This document shows, in pieces, positions 9,112-19,506 of a stretch of DNA of 64,000 nt (its first letter is position 1; every line of letters begins with the position of its first letter). The DNA is taken from assembly GCA_963717985.1 (NCBI GenBank), contig CAVQYC010000007.1, forward strand, positions 101,033 through 165,032, written 5' to 3'. The DNA comes from an uncultured delta proteobacterium. Its GTDB lineage: Bacteria > Desulfobacterota > Syntrophorhabdia > Syntrophorhabdales > WCHB1-27. The position numbers and the translations under genes are program-made. The notes under the pieces were generated by a model. It was not told the DNA's origin. It ran no database searches and was given only the letters and a program-made list of their open reading frames with translations.

Positions 9112-9688
9112 CGCAGTACTCCTTCACGCCCTTGAAGGTGCGCCTGTGGAGGGGCGACAGACCGAACCTCTCGATGGCCAGCTTGTGCTCCCCGGTGGGA
9201 TAGCCTTTGTTCTTTTTCCAGTTGTAATGCGGATAGGCAGCATCGTAGACGACCATCAACCGGTCCCTCACCACCTTTGCCACTATGGAGGCGCAGGCGA
9301 TGAAGAAGCACTTGCGGTCGCCTTTGACGACGGGCTTTGAGTAGTCCATCCCTTCGAGGGGAAAGAGTCCGTCGACAAGCAGGAGGCGGGGCCGGAGCGC
9401 GGTGTTTCTCACTGCCCTTTCCATGGAGAGGAGTGAGGCATAATGGATATTCAGCCGTTCAATCTCTTCAGGGCTTGCCATCCCCAGGGTCACCTTGTAC
9501 GCGTGTTCCAGGATCCATCCGAAAAGATACTCTCTTCTCTTTTCGCTGAGCAGCTTTGAATCGTTGACCTTTTCTTCGAGAGGCGGCAGGCCCTCCCAGA
9601 CGACGCACGACGAAACTACCGGGCCCGCCAGCGGCCCACGCCCAGCCTCGTCAAGACCTGCCACGAGACCTGTCAGCCGGCAGCTCAC
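9104..9688 (-). CDS. rnhB: ribonuclease HII
   Basis: GLDEAGRGPLAGPVV catalytic motif. Follows rplS as in many genomes. Confidence 0.9.
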   Translation of the reverse strand: MSCRLTGLVAGLDEAGRGPLAGPVVSSCVVWEGLPPLEEKVNDSKLLSEKRREYLFGWILEHAYKVTLGMASPEEIERLNIHYASLLSMERAVRNTALRPRLLLVDGLFPLEGMDYSKPVVKGDRKCFFIACASIVAKVVRDRLMVVYDAAYPHYNWKKNKGYPTGEHKLAIERFGLSPLHRRTFKGVKEYCGD

Positions 9689-10035
9689 TAATCCCTTTTT
9701 TCTTTAAGCTTTGCCGCTTTCCCTTTCAGACCCCTGAGGTAATAGAGCTTACCCCTGCGCACCTTCGCCTTGCTCATCACCTCGATGTGTTCGATCAGGG
9801 GTGAATGCTTCGGAAATGTTTTCTCGATCCCTACGCCATAGGAGACCTTCCGGACGGTGAAAGTCGCCCTGGTGTTGCCGCCCCTTTTTCCGATCACCAC
9901 GCCTTCGAACACCTGTACCCGCTCCTTGTCGCCTTCGTAGATCTTCGTGAAGACCTTGACGCTGTCGCCCACGCCCACCTCGGTGAGGTCGAGCCTCATA
10001 TGTTCCTTTTCAATCAAGTCAATCGTCTCGTTCAT
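9688..10035 (-). CDS. rplS: 50S ribosomal protein L19
   Basis: FxxGDxVxV...EG.KERVQ.FEGVVI..RG motif set. Start moved to the ATG at 10035 ([11 protein letters not shown]). Confidence 0.95.
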   Translation of the reverse strand: MNETIDLIEKEHMRLDLTEVGVGDSVKVFTKIYEGDKERVQVFEGVVIGKRGGNTRATFTVRKVSYGVGIEKTFPKHSPLIEHIEVMSKAKVRRGKLYYLRGLKGKAAKLKEKRD

Positions 10036-10594
10036 CTTCTTCTCCTCTCGCGCCGAACAGTCTATCAAGAATGATACCGATGGCGACGCGCAACGACAGG
10101 TGGTTATAATCCCCCTGTCCCCTGATCGGCAACAATACTCTTTCGCAGCTTCCCACTATGTCGGGAGGCAGACCCCATCCGGTACCGAAGAGCAGGAGGA
10201 ACGGTCTGGGGTCGGCCTTAATCCATCTTCTCAATTGGCCGTAGCCGATCGAACTGTCCCTTTTCGTCGACGAGGTCCCGATCAGTATCGGCGTGCTCCC
10301 CTGAAATTCGGACATCACGTCGCCGACAGCCTTTTTTATGCAAATCTTTTCCAGGGCTTTCGCCCTATGCGGATTGTACTGCCGCCCGTAGCCCGTTTTC
10401 CAATGGTCGACAAGCTGCTCCGCAATCCCCTTTTGTTTTTCCAAGGGAGTCACAATATAGCATAATTGCACGCCGAATGTCATGCAACTTCTCGCCGTGT
10501 CATGTAATTCAAGGTTGGTGATGCTCGTCGAGACGATATCGCCCTGTTTATCGAGGACCGGATAATGGATAATGGCAAGGGAGACAGCGCCCAT
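10019..10594 (-). CDS. predicted SAM-dependent RNA methyltransferase-like protein (trmD-adjacent family)
   Basis: N-terminus [31 protein letters not shown] matches my recollection of the small family found between trmD and rplS in some thermophile and anaerobe lineages. Confidence 0.55.
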   Translation of the reverse strand: MGAVSLAIIHYPVLDKQGDIVSTSITNLELHDTARSCMTFGVQLCYIVTPLEKQKGIAEQLVDHWKTGYGRQYNPHRAKALEKICIKKAVGDVMSEFQGSTPILIGTSSTKRDSSIGYGQLRRWIKADPRPFLLLFGTGWGLPPDIVGSCERVLLPIRGQGDYNHLSLRVAIGIILDRLFGARGEEDERDD

Positions 10595-10596
10595 GC

Positions 10597-11328
10597 CTAC
10601 TCCATTTCCTCCAGGACCTGTCGCATCATGATCCCGTCCTCACGGGTAGGCTGAAAACGCTCCATCAGGTCGGGCCTCCGCAAGATAGTCCTTTTAAGGG
10701 ACTCCTTTCTTCTCCACCTACGGATCTCCTCATGGTTTCCTGACAGGAGCGCATCGGGCACCTGCATCCCCATGAACTCTCTGGGCCGCGTATACTGCGG
10801 ATATTCGAGGAGACCCTCCCCGAAGCTCTCGTCCGCCGGTGATGCCTCATTGCCGAGTACTCCGGGCACCAGCCGGGAAACGGCATCGACCACCACAAGG
10901 GCCGCAGTCTCGCCGCCCGATAGGACATAATCGCCAATCGACACCTCGTCATCCACCAGGGCGTGTATACGTTCGTCAACGCCCTCGTAGCGCCCGCAAA
11001 GGAGGGCGAGATGGGGGATGCGAGAGAACCGCGTAGCCAGCTCCTGATCAAAGCGCCTGCCGTGGGGTGTGAGGAGGACAAAATGTGTGCGACCGCGCTC
11101 CTTCCTCACCTGCTCCATGGCGTAGTGGACGGGCTCTACCTTCATCACCATACCCGCTCCACCGCCGAAAGGGGCGTCATCAGCCGTGTGGTGGATGTCG
11201 GCGGCGAACGCCCTTATGTTGACGATGTTGAATTCGAGAAGGCCTTTCTCCCGCGCCTTCTTTATAAGGCTCTCGTTGAGGGGGGAATCAAATATTCCGG
11301 GGAACAGGGTCAGGATCGTGAAAATCAT
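10597..11328 (-). CDS. trmD: tRNA (guanine37-N1)-methyltransferase
   Basis: FxILTLFP, DDAPFGGGAGMVMK, SIGDYVLSGGE motifs. rimM-trmD synteny. Confidence 0.95.
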   Translation of the reverse strand: MIFTILTLFPGIFDSPLNESLIKKAREKGLLEFNIVNIRAFAADIHHTADDAPFGGGAGMVMKVEPVHYAMEQVRKERGRTHFVLLTPHGRRFDQELATRFSRIPHLALLCGRYEGVDERIHALVDDEVSIGDYVLSGGETAALVVVDAVSRLVPGVLGNEASPADESFGEGLLEYPQYTRPREFMGMQVPDALLSGNHEEIRRWRRKESLKRTILRRPDLMERFQPTREDGIMMRQVLEEME

Positions 11329-11822
11329 TCAACGAGCCCGTCCTCTCTGACCCGCACGAGCCCGTCTTCCATGCTGACGTTCACGATATGGGCCTCGGTC
11401 ATCGGCACGAGCACTTCCCTTGTGCCCCCGATAACCAGGATATCGCCCGCCTTAGTGTGCATGACGTCCACCACCACCCCTATCTTGCGGTCCTGCTCCG
11501 TGACTGCTGCAAGACCGATAAGCTGGTAATCGTAATACTCATCTTCCCCGAGGGTCGCAAGGTCTTCTTCTCTTACAAAAAGCTCTCTCTTGAAGAGAAA
11601 GCGCGCATCCTCCGCAGTCTCCAAGCCGCTGAATCTTATGATGAAAAGGTTTCCCTGGGGGCGAACCTGCAAAGGCTTCAGCTCTCGCTTCGTGCCTTTG
11701 TCGTCAGCGAAAAACGAGGGATACTGCAAAGAAGCCGTGGCGTCTTCGTTGTAGTACCGGAATTTTATCTCTCCTCTTACTCCATGGGCGGCTACGACCC
11801 GCCCCACCGGGATGAAATTCAT
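11325..11822 (-). CDS. rimM: 16S rRNA processing protein RimM
   Basis: VGRVVAAHGVRGEIK N-terminal barrel plus a PRC-barrel C-domain. Operon context. Confidence 0.9.
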   Translation of the reverse strand: MNFIPVGRVVAAHGVRGEIKFRYYNEDATASLQYPSFFADDKGTKRELKPLQVRPQGNLFIIRFSGLETAEDARFLFKRELFVREEDLATLGEDEYYDYQLIGLAAVTEQDRKIGVVVDVMHTKAGDILVIGGTREVLVPMTEAHIVNVSMEDGLVRVREDGLVE

Positions 11823-12055
11823 TACTCGATTATTTCTAGCACGGCCCTCTTCCTTGCCTTGGTTGAAGCTGCGCTCAGTATAGTTCTCATAGCCCGGGCA
11901 GTCCGTCCTTGTTTGCCGATGACCTTTCCCAAATCATCCTTTGCTACGCTGAGCTCGATAACCGATGTCTTTTCCCCTTCGATTTCGGAAACCTTTACCT
12001 GATCAGGGTTATCCACCAATGTCTTCGCGATGTACTCGATCAGTTCTTTCAGCAC
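11822..12055 (-). CDS. KH-domain RNA-binding protein (UPF0109/YlqC-like)
   Basis: 77 aa with the [20 protein letters not shown] motif, between rpsP and rimM. Confidence 0.85.
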   Translation of the reverse strand: MLKELIEYIAKTLVDNPDQVKVSEIEGEKTSVIELSVAKDDLGKVIGKQGRTARAMRTILSAASTKARKRAVLEIIE

Positions 12056-12073
12056 AGCTCCACCTCCGGAGGA

Positions 12074-12331
12074 TTAATGTGGTGTCTCGCTCAAAACCCC
12101 TTCCCGCTTGAAGAGCTTCTCGACCGTCTTCGTCGGTCTTGCGCCTTTCTGATACCAGGCTGTTATTTTCTCTTTGTCGAGCTTTACCTCGAAAGGCTCC
12201 GCCATGGAATCATACGTGCCCACCATCTCGATAAACCTTCCGTCCCTCGGGTATCTCTCGTCTGCCACGACGATCCGATAATAGGGCCTCTTCTTTGCAC
12301 CGCGTCGTGTGAGTCTGAATTTTACCGCCAA
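12074..12331 (-). CDS. rpsP: 30S ribosomal protein S16
   Basis: [24 protein letters not shown] is the canonical S16 N-terminus. Confidence 0.95.
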   Translation of the reverse strand: MAVKFRLTRRGAKKRPYYRIVVADERYPRDGRFIEMVGTYDSMAEPFEVKLDKEKITAWYQKGARPTKTVEKLFKREGVLSETPH

Positions 12332-12341
12332 TCTTGCCTCC

Positions 12342-13670
12342 TCATTTGAATAAGTGTTTTGGAAGACCTTTCATGCCTCCCTTCGTAAATCTCTTGATCA
12401 TTTTCTTCGTTTCCATGTATCGTTTTAAAAGCTCGTTCACGTCCTGGACGCGGTGACCGCTCCCCTTCGCTATTCTTATCCTGCGGGAGCCGTCGAGGAG
12501 GTGGGGATAGAGCCGCTCCTTCGGGGTCATGGAATTGATGATCGCCTCGGTGCGCTTGATCTCCTTCTCGGCTTCCGAGAAATCTATCGCCCCTTTCAGC
12601 TTGCTCAGCCCCGGGATCATTCCGATGACCGATTCCATGCTCCCGAGTTTCTTCACCTGCTTGATCTGTTCCTTGAAGTCTTCGAGCGTAAACTCGTCCT
12701 TTCTCAGCTTGCGCTCGAATTCCTTTGCCTTTTTGTCATCAAAGACTTCCTGGGCCTTCTCGACCAGGGAGACCACGTCGCCCATGCCGAGGATGCGGGA
12801 GGCCATCCTGTCCGGGTGAAACACCTCAAGGGCATCGAGCTTTTCGCCTATGCCGATGAACTTGATATACTTGCCTGTTGCGGCCCGGACGGAAAGGGCC
12901 GCCCCGCCCCTTGCGTCGCCGTCGAGCTTCGTGAGGATGACCCCGTCAATCGCCACCTTTTCATCGAAGGCCTTCGCAATGTTCACCGCATCCTGTCCTG
13001 TCATGGCATCGACGACGAGGAGCGTCTCTCTCGGGTTGAGCAGCTTCTTCTGTCTGACAAGCTCCTGGACCATCTCTTCATCGATGTGCAACCGGCCCGC
13101 GGTATCGACTATAAGGGTGTCGAACCCCTTTTTCATGGCGTAGGCCCTTGCATCCCGGCAGATTTCGACCGGGTCGGCCCCGACCAAAGGCGCATAAGCC
13201 TCGATCCCCAACTGGCTCCCTATTTTGGCGAGCTGCTGGATGGCCGCCGGCCTATAAACGTCCGTCGGCACGAGAAGGGGTTTCCGCCCTTTTTTTCTCA
13301 GGTAAAGCGCCAGCTTCCCGGCCGTGGTCGTTTTGCCGGAGCCCTGAAGGCCGAGGAGCATTACCGGGACAGGCGGGGAACCGGCGACATCGAGGGGTTT
13401 ATTCGTCTCGCCCAGAAGATCACACATCTCGTCATAAACGACCTTGATGAACTTCTGGCCGGGGGTGATGCTCGTCATCACTTCTTCCCCCAGGGCCTTC
13501 TCTTTCACCCTTTCGAGGAAGTCCTTCGCCACCTTGTAGTTGACGTCCGCTTCAAGGAGGGCTACCCTCACCTCGCGCAGAGAGTCCTTGACGTTGCTCT
13601 CGCTGAGCTTGCCGTAGCCCTTCACTTTTTTGAATATTACATCAAGTCTTTCCTGCAATTTCTCGAACAT
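12342..13670 (-). CDS. ffh: signal recognition particle protein Ffh
   Basis: N domain, G domain ([22 protein letters not shown]) and a Met-rich M domain. Confidence 0.95.
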   Translation of the reverse strand: MFEKLQERLDVIFKKVKGYGKLSESNVKDSLREVRVALLEADVNYKVAKDFLERVKEKALGEEVMTSITPGQKFIKVVYDEMCDLLGETNKPLDVAGSPPVPVMLLGLQGSGKTTTAGKLALYLRKKGRKPLLVPTDVYRPAAIQQLAKIGSQLGIEAYAPLVGADPVEICRDARAYAMKKGFDTLIVDTAGRLHIDEEMVQELVRQKKLLNPRETLLVVDAMTGQDAVNIAKAFDEKVAIDGVILTKLDGDARGGAALSVRAATGKYIKFIGIGEKLDALEVFHPDRMASRILGMGDVVSLVEKAQEVFDDKKAKEFERKLRKDEFTLEDFKEQIKQVKKLGSMESVIGMIPGLSKLKGAIDFSEAEKEIKRTEAIINSMTPKERLYPHLLDGSRRIRIAKGSGHRVQDVNELLKRYMETKKMIKRFTKGGMKGLPKHLFK

Positions 13671-13755
13671 ATGTCAATAAGATAATAGATTAGAGGTGAA
13701 TAGTCAACGACAAACGCCGGGGACCGTTCACAATGGAAAACAGAGTTAACGATGC

Positions 13756-14400
13756 TTATTCTTTCAGCGTCCCGTAATCCTTCAGGAATCGCTCGATCCC
13801 TATATCGGTGAGGGGGTGGCTCATAAGCTGTTTGAGGACATTGAAAGGGACAGTCGCGACATCTGCCCCCATCATTGCCGCATGAAGCACGTGCAGGGGG
13901 TTCCTCACGCTCGCCACGATAATCTCCGCTTCGAAGCCGTAATTCGTGTAAATGGCGATAATCTGCTCGACAACCTCCATGCCCGCAGCCGAGATGTCGT
14001 CTAACCGCCCGACGAAGGGGCTTACATAGTCGGCGCCCGCCTTTGCGGCGATCAGGGCCTGGAGGGGCTGGAATATAAGCGTCACGTTTGTCCTGATCTT
14101 TTCGGCCGACAATACCTTCACGGCCTTCATGCCTTCTTCGGTCATGGGGATTTTCACGACCACCTGATCCCCCAGGGATGCGAGCCGGCGCGCCTCCTCT
14201 ATCATCCCCAGCGCTTGCGTCGAGAGCACTTCAAGGCTCACGGGGCCTGGAACGAGGGAGAGGATTTCCCTGATCGTCTCTTCGGGATTCTTCTTTTCCC
14301 TGGCAAGCAGGGTGGGGTTGGTGGTGACGCCGTCCACCAGCCCCATTTCAAGCCCCTTCTTTATTTCTTCCACATGAGCCGTGTCGATAAAGAACTTCAT
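13756..14400 (-). CDS. transaldolase / fructose-6-phosphate aldolase (short type 3B)
   Basis: [15 protein letters not shown] ... GVTTNPTLL ... VVKIP ... SPFVGR motifs. 214 aa. Confidence 0.9.
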   Translation of the reverse strand: MKFFIDTAHVEEIKKGLEMGLVDGVTTNPTLLAREKKNPEETIREILSLVPGPVSLEVLSTQALGMIEEARRLASLGDQVVVKIPMTEEGMKAVKVLSAEKIRTNVTLIFQPLQALIAAKAGADYVSPFVGRLDDISAAGMEVVEQIIAIYTNYGFEAEIIVASVRNPLHVLHAAMMGADVATVPFNVLKQLMSHPLTDIGIERFLKDYGTLKE

Positions 14401-14410
14401 TCCTGGCCTC

Positions 14411-15010
14411 CTACCATTTCTTATAATTATCGGAAAACTTTCTGTATTCCTTGCCGGCCTCCAGGTGATAAATGAAAAAGGCAGAGGCTTCCAGGCTACT
14501 CGTCAGCATATATGCTTCTTCCAGCATGTCTCCCCTCGCGAAGCTGCCGTGGCCCCTCATCATCACGATCTTGTAGTCCTTGAGGCACTCGCTTATCAGC
14601 CGGGCTGCGTCCTGGGAGCCGATGGTCTTCTCGACGCTTACCACCGGCACCTTCTTGAAGAGGTAGGATCCTTCCGAATCAACGGGGATCAGCTCGTCCA
14701 TAAGCATGGACAGAAGGGTTGCGTAGGGCGGGTGCGCATGGACGATTGCGAGGGCGCTTGTGTTCCGGTAGACGGCCCTGTGGACGACTACTTCGGAAGA
14801 GGCGCGCAGCACGTGGGAGTCGGGCTTTTCAAGGTCAACCTCCACCAGGTCGTCGGGCGTGATCCTGCCGAGCATCGAGCCCCTTCTCGTGATGCAGATC
14901 TTTTGCCCAATCCTGAGGCTGATATTCCCCGCGTGGGAGCTGATAAGCCCGCGCAGGAACAGGTCCCTTCCGATATCGCGGAAAAGGGCGAAACTGTTCT
15001 CTTCAAGCAT
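14411..15010 (-). CDS. class II aldolase/adducin-domain protein
   Basis: SHAGNISLR ... [10 protein letters not shown] ... GHG pattern typical of fuculose-1-phosphate aldolase / MTRu-1-P dehydratase-like proteins. Confidence 0.8.
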   Translation of the reverse strand: MLEENSFALFRDIGRDLFLRGLISSHAGNISLRIGQKICITRRGSMLGRITPDDLVEVDLEKPDSHVLRASSEVVVHRAVYRNTSALAIVHAHPPYATLLSMLMDELIPVDSEGSYLFKKVPVVSVEKTIGSQDAARLISECLKDYKIVMMRGHGSFARGDMLEEAYMLTSSLEASAFFIYHLEAGKEYRKFSDNYKKW

Positions 15011-15064
15011 GTGTGGGTCCGTATCCTTGGGTGTCGGCTAAACGCCTGTGAGAATAGCACTTCT

Positions 15065-16768
15065 CTACAAGAGATGCAACAACTCCCGCTTCTCCCGCGT
15101 CGGGACGCCCGCCTCATCCCAGCCCCTGACCGCATAATATTCCTGAAGCATCCGGTCGAGGGGGAAGGTTGCGAGCCTTTCCGGCAGCCTGTCCTGCTCC
15201 ACGCCTTCACGCAGGTTGAAGAGCCTCTCCAGGTTCCACAGACGCTCACCGATGGTGAGGGCCTCTTCCCACGTGATCCTTATGCCGAGTGAGGCGCCCG
15301 CAATCCGGGCATAGTAGTCCGTGGGCACTGCAAAGGCGGCGAACCTGCAAAGGATGAGGGTATCCATAAAGGCAAAAGCGTTCTGGTAAAGGGCGAGGAG
15401 ACCGGCCTTGCCCTGCTGGCTAAAGCGGTCGAGGAGCTTCGGGATGCCCAAGACCTCTGTCCCGATGAAATATCCGGGCAGGTGGCACCCCCCCCTGTTG
15501 GAAGTGGCGTAACCGAGGGCGTTGCCATATGCCCCTCTCGGGTCGTAGGCAGGCAGCTCAAGGCCTTTGACCTCGGGGGCCGCGTCAGGGAGCCGGTAGT
15601 GCTCTGCCATTCTCTTTGCGCCGAGCGAGAGTATTTCGCCCGGCCCCGTCCTTTCGGCAATCCGGCTGATGAGGAGGCCGATCGCCCCCGCGTCCCCGTA
15701 GGCGACAGGGATGGGTGCCGCGCCTTTTTCAGCGGCTTCGCAGGCCAACCCGACGACCACGCCGGTGCTTATGGTATCCAAACCCAGCTCGTTGCAGACG
15801 CTGCCCAGCCCTGCCACCTTTTCGAGATCGAATAGAGCCAGGTTCGCTCCCAGTGACCAGAGCGTCTCGTACTCAGGCCCGTCGCCGTATCGTGTGACCC
15901 TGCCGCAGGCAACCGGGCAAAAGGGACAGGCCCTTCTCTTTTTGAGGAGGCGCTCCGTCAGCATCTCACCCGAGATGGCGGCCGCCTCCAGCGGCGCTTT
16001 TTCGCGATAATTTTTCATGGTAAGGAGGCCGGTCTCCCGCATCAGGTTGAAGAGCGCAGCCGTGCCGAACTCGGGCAGGCCCTGCGAGGTGACCGGGTTC
16101 GCGGCGAGCCATTTCTTGCACTCATAGGCGAGGAAAGAAAACTGCTCCTCATCGGCCGGACGCACCTTACCCCTGCCCCGGACCACGACCGCTTTAATGC
16201 GCTTCGAGCCGAAGATGGCCCCGAGGCCGCCCCTGCCCAGATAGCGCCCGTCGTTCTCGATGTTCGCGTAGAGGACACCCGTCTCGCCCGCCCGCCCGAT
16301 GAGGAGGATGGAGGCATCCCGGCCGTGTTTCTCGCGTAAATATGCCTTGACAAAAGCCTTGTCCCTGCCCCAGAGGGCGGATGCGTCCTTGATTTGCGCG
16401 CTCCCGTCCTCAATCGACAGGTAGGAGGGGCGGTCGGCCGCGCCGGTGAGGACCAACACATCGATCCCCGACTTGCGCAAGTAAATGCCCAGGCGACCTC
16501 CACAAGAAGAGCTGAAAATGGTGTTGGTGAGCGGTGATTTGGCTGTCGCCGTAAAACGGCCGCCCATGGGAAAAGGGGTCCCGGTCAGGGGGCCCGTGCC
16601 GAAGAGTATGGGCGATGCCCCGTCGAGGGCGTCCCTTCCCGGCTCGGCCATATCGAAGAGCATGCGGCTCGTCACGCCCCTTCCTCCGATATACTCCCTG
16701 GCGATGTTTTCATCGAGAGGATGGAGGTGCGTCGCCGACCTGCCGAGATCGATCGTCAGGACCTTCAT
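15065..16768 (-). CDS. aldehyde:ferredoxin oxidoreductase family (tungstopterin) protein
   Basis: AOR N-terminus MKVLTIDL...YIGGRG, Fe-S ligand region CPFCPVACGR, and the central/C-terminal AOR domains. Confidence 0.85.
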   Translation of the reverse strand: MKVLTIDLGRSATHLHPLDENIAREYIGGRGVTSRMLFDMAEPGRDALDGASPILFGTGPLTGTPFPMGGRFTATAKSPLTNTIFSSSCGGRLGIYLRKSGIDVLVLTGAADRPSYLSIEDGSAQIKDASALWGRDKAFVKAYLREKHGRDASILLIGRAGETGVLYANIENDGRYLGRGGLGAIFGSKRIKAVVVRGRGKVRPADEEQFSFLAYECKKWLAANPVTSQGLPEFGTAALFNLMRETGLLTMKNYREKAPLEAAAISGEMLTERLLKKRRACPFCPVACGRVTRYGDGPEYETLWSLGANLALFDLEKVAGLGSVCNELGLDTISTGVVVGLACEAAEKGAAPIPVAYGDAGAIGLLISRIAERTGPGEILSLGAKRMAEHYRLPDAAPEVKGLELPAYDPRGAYGNALGYATSNRGGCHLPGYFIGTEVLGIPKLLDRFSQQGKAGLLALYQNAFAFMDTLILCRFAAFAVPTDYYARIAGASLGIRITWEEALTIGERLWNLERLFNLREGVEQDRLPERLATFPLDRMLQEYYAVRGWDEAGVPTREKRELLHLL

Positions 16769-17316
16769 CCCCCGCCTCCGTCGGGTGTGTCTCCCGCTTT
16801 TGCGGCCCCGATCCGGTCTGCCGGGATCCGCCCGTAGAGGTCGATTTTCTGCTCATCCCCTATCTGGTGCAGGTACTCCGCCAGGGACCGCTTGAAGCGC
16901 GGATGGATCAAGTTTGGGTCAATCTCAAGGCAGGGAACTATAGCGAACTTCCTTTCGTGCAGCCTCGGGTGGGGGATGATAAGGCCGGGGGCGTCGAGGA
17001 CGAGTTCGTCAAAGAAAAGGATGTCCAAATCGAGCGTGCGGGGCCCGAACCTGACCGCCCTTGTCCTGCCCTGCCCCGTCTCCACTTCCCGGAGGAAAGA
17101 AAGCAACTCCCGGGGGGTGCCCTGCCACGCTATTTTGAGGGCGCCGTTCAAGAAGTCGGCCTGGGCCACAGGGGATACCGGTGAGGTGCGATATAAAGAC
17201 GAGAGGGCGACAAATGCCACCCTCTCGTCGCTGATTACAGCCATCACGCCTTGCAGGCAGTTGTCGAAGGCATCACCAACGTTGGACCCTATGCCGATAT
17301 ACGCGACCCCCGTCAT
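16765..17316 (-). CDS. folK: 2-amino-4-hydroxy-6-hydroxymethyldihydropteridine pyrophosphokinase
   Basis: AYIGIGSNVGD, GPRTLDLDILFF, IPHPRLHER(K)F motifs. Confidence 0.85.
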   Translation of the reverse strand: MTGVAYIGIGSNVGDAFDNCLQGVMAVISDERVAFVALSSLYRTSPVSPVAQADFLNGALKIAWQGTPRELLSFLREVETGQGRTRAVRFGPRTLDLDILFFDELVLDAPGLIIPHPRLHERKFAIVPCLEIDPNLIHPRFKRSLAEYLHQIGDEQKIDLYGRIPADRIGAAKAGDTPDGGGG

Positions 17317-17321
17317 GTGAC

Positions 17322-17513
17322 TTAAGAAGACTTCGGCTTCTCCCGATCGTTCTTCGGGGTCACGTCGATCTCGTCAGGCTCCTTCATCGATTTCTTGAAG
17401 CTCTTTATCCCCTTGCCGATGGCGCCCCCTATCTCGGGGAGCTTGCCGGCGCCGAATATGATCAATACAATAACCATGATCACGATCAGTTCAGGGAAAC
17501 CGAGTCCGAACAT
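17322..17513 (-). CDS. tatA: twin-arginine translocase TatA/E
   Basis: [29 protein letters not shown] is the canonical TatA transmembrane plus hinge sequence. Confidence 0.9.
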   Translation of the reverse strand: MFGLGFPELIVIMVIVLIIFGAGKLPEIGGAIGKGIKSFKKSMKEPDEIDVTPKNDREKPKSS

Positions 17514-17789
17514 ATTGTCCCTCCTTGGAATTACATTACACCAGGGAACGAAAAGACGTGCCGGAAGTCTGTGGAGTGAAGGGCAGGTCTCAAGGGCAGT
17601 ATACCATCAAACAGCTTCCTGCGCAATGTCGTGGACGGCCGGACGCTTTTTACGGCAAGCTTTGTCATCGCCTTCGCCCCGCATCCTCATGTACAACAGA
17701 GTACACTCTGGTGCGGGCCGAAGGCGATTTCGCGTTATTCATCAAAAATCGCTCCGGCCGCGAAAGATTGGGAGACCAAGCACCGAAGA

Positions 17790-18368
17790 TTACTGAAACC
17801 GTGTAATGGGGAAGCCAAGCGAGGTCGCGCAGTATAGTACGCGATCCGCTTCGGCGTCTTGATCTTTCGTAAACCCCCGCGAGGAATGGCCTGCGGGAGA
17901 AGGGAATAAAAAAAGACGGCTTTCTATAACGGCCTTTGGATTTTGGGCTCCTTCTTTAATTTTTTCGGCGATAAGCCCTGCAAGTGCTTTATCGTGACCC
18001 GTCCAAATACCAATCTCCGTTATCTTCTCCGTGAGCTTGACGGCAACAACCTTTATCTTTATCTTCTTAGCCAAACCTTCAATTGAACCTCCGTCTCCCT
18101 CTTTGGTTTTTTCAATTCGGACAATTTCAATATGGAGATTCATCAGGGCTGTGACGGACATATCCCATGTGTTTTCAAAAGATGCATCAAGGGCTTCCTG
18201 AGCATCCGCCTTTCTGATTTCTTTCTGCAGCTCTGCTCCCTTAATGGCCAGTTGAGCGCCGCCAATTGCTGCTGTGGTCATGGGAATGGTTAATAAAGTA
18301 CATGCATGCAGGGCCAGCCATACACCGGCAAAAAAGCCAAATAATAAAACCGCCGGGATAATTTTCAT
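17790..18368 (-). CDS. hypothetical exported/membrane-anchored protein
   Basis: N-terminal hydrophobic segment with a Cys (LALHAC) that fits a lipobox poorly. Weak resemblance to DUF3568-type lipoproteins from memory. Downstream of the bactofilin array on the same strand. Confidence 0.4.
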   Translation of the reverse strand: MKIIPAVLLFGFFAGVWLALHACTLLTIPMTTAAIGGAQLAIKGAELQKEIRKADAQEALDASFENTWDMSVTALMNLHIEIVRIEKTKEGDGGSIEGLAKKIKIKVVAVKLTEKITEIGIWTGHDKALAGLIAEKIKEGAQNPKAVIESRLFLFPSPAGHSSRGFTKDQDAEADRVLYCATSLGFPITRFQ

Positions 18369-18623
18369 CGATTAAATACTCCTGATTATCGATGCGGTGG
18401 TGACCCCGGAGAATGTGCGGCATTACGGCCTAGTAGACCCTCCCCGCAGCAAAGGCTTTCGAGAGCGGCCTCCTTGCAGGAGAGGCGGCACCTGGACGCG
18501 CCATCTATTTCCATCAACCGCCTTCGGCAGATCATTCCTTTTCAGGCGCAATAATCGGATATGGTTACCATGGGATTGGGCCGCCGCCTGGCGTACCCGG
18601 CCCTTTTTCACCCTTCTCCTCTC

Positions 18624-18980
18624 TCATTTCTTCATGACGCAGGAGCCATTCATTACCGATCCGCTTTCGATCATGATGGACGGTGTGGTGATGTTTCCCG
18701 TCTGGGTGGCGGTCTCCTTCAGCACCACCTGCTCGCTTGCGGTCACATCGCCGGTGATCTCTCCGTGGGATACGAGCTTCTTCGTGGTGACCTTGGCGGT
18801 GACCTTGGCGGTGGGACCGATGATGAGCAGTCCTTCCGATATGATCTCGCCATCGAGGGTACCCTTTATCATGAGAGAGCTCTTGAAGGTGATCGTGCCG
18901 CTGATATGGAGGTCATCGGCCAGGGTCGTGATGACGTTGGTTTCATCGATGTTTGATGCGCTCAATCCTATATCTGTCAT
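18624..18980 (-). CDS. bactofilin family protein (paralog 5 of 5 in transcription order)
   Basis: DUF583-type beta-helix repeats: ISGTITFKSSLMIKGTLDGEIISEGLLIIGPTAKV...GEITGDVTASEQVVLKETA...GNITT. Nearly identical DNA to 19039..19413. Confidence 0.9.
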   Translation of the reverse strand: MTDIGLSASNIDETNVITTLADDLHISGTITFKSSLMIKGTLDGEIISEGLLIIGPTAKVTAKVTTKKLVSHGEITGDVTASEQVVLKETATQTGNITTPSIMIESGSVMNGSCVMKK

Positions 18981-19038
18981 TTTGGGCTTCTCCTCGTGGT
19001 TTCTCTCGGCAGACCTTCTGCAGTGTCGCCTGCACCTT

Positions 19039-19413
19039 CTACATGGAGGAACCCTCCTTTCCCTTCATCGTGATCGACCCGTTGAAGAGGGAGCCGCTCT
19101 CTACGATGATATTCTGGGTGGTGATGTTTCCCGTCTGGGTGGCGGTCTCCTTCAGCATCACCTGCTCGCTTGCGGTCACATCGCCGGTGATCTCCCCGTG
19201 GGATACGAGCTTCTTCGTGGTGACCTTGGCGTTGACCTTGGCGGTGGGACCGACGATGAGCAGTCCTTCCGATACGATTTCGCCATCGAGGGTACCCTTT
19301 ATCATGAGAGAGCTCTTGAAGGTGATCGTGCCGCTGATATGGAGGTCATCGGCCAGTACAGTGGTGATGCCGGTTTCATCGATGCCTGACACAGGTGGGT
19401 TCATATTTGCCAT
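19039..19413 (-). CDS. bactofilin family protein (paralog 4)
   Basis: Same beta-helix repeat pattern. Shares an exact 38-nt run (19120-19157 = 18687-18724) and a long near-identical stretch with paralog 5. Confidence 0.9.
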   Translation of the reverse strand: MANMNPPVSGIDETGITTVLADDLHISGTITFKSSLMIKGTLDGEIVSEGLLIVGPTAKVNAKVTTKKLVSHGEITGDVTASEQVMLKETATQTGNITTQNIIVESGSLFNGSITMKGKEGSSM

Positions 19414-19506
19414 TTTTTACCTCCTCGTCGTTTGGTGGGTCTAGGTAATAACCAGGTACTGGGACATCAATCCTGCGTCACCTACCGAAAAGACCGCCGG
19501 GAGCGG

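Noticed and set aside
12453-13685. 410-aa plus-strand ORF
   Set aside because: Antisense shadow of ffh, with no recognisable motifs.
14381-15292. 303-aa plus-strand ORF
   Set aside because: Antisense to the class II aldolase gene and to the 3' end of the AOR gene. It shows no motifs and has shadow-ORF composition.
17514-17789. 276-nt intergenic region with several small track ORFs (133, 93, 68 aa), examined for an RNA gene or regulatory element
   Set aside because: No conserved RNA motif, stable hairpin-plus-T-run or convincing promoter was seen. The ORFs overlap each other in different frames and lack RBSs.
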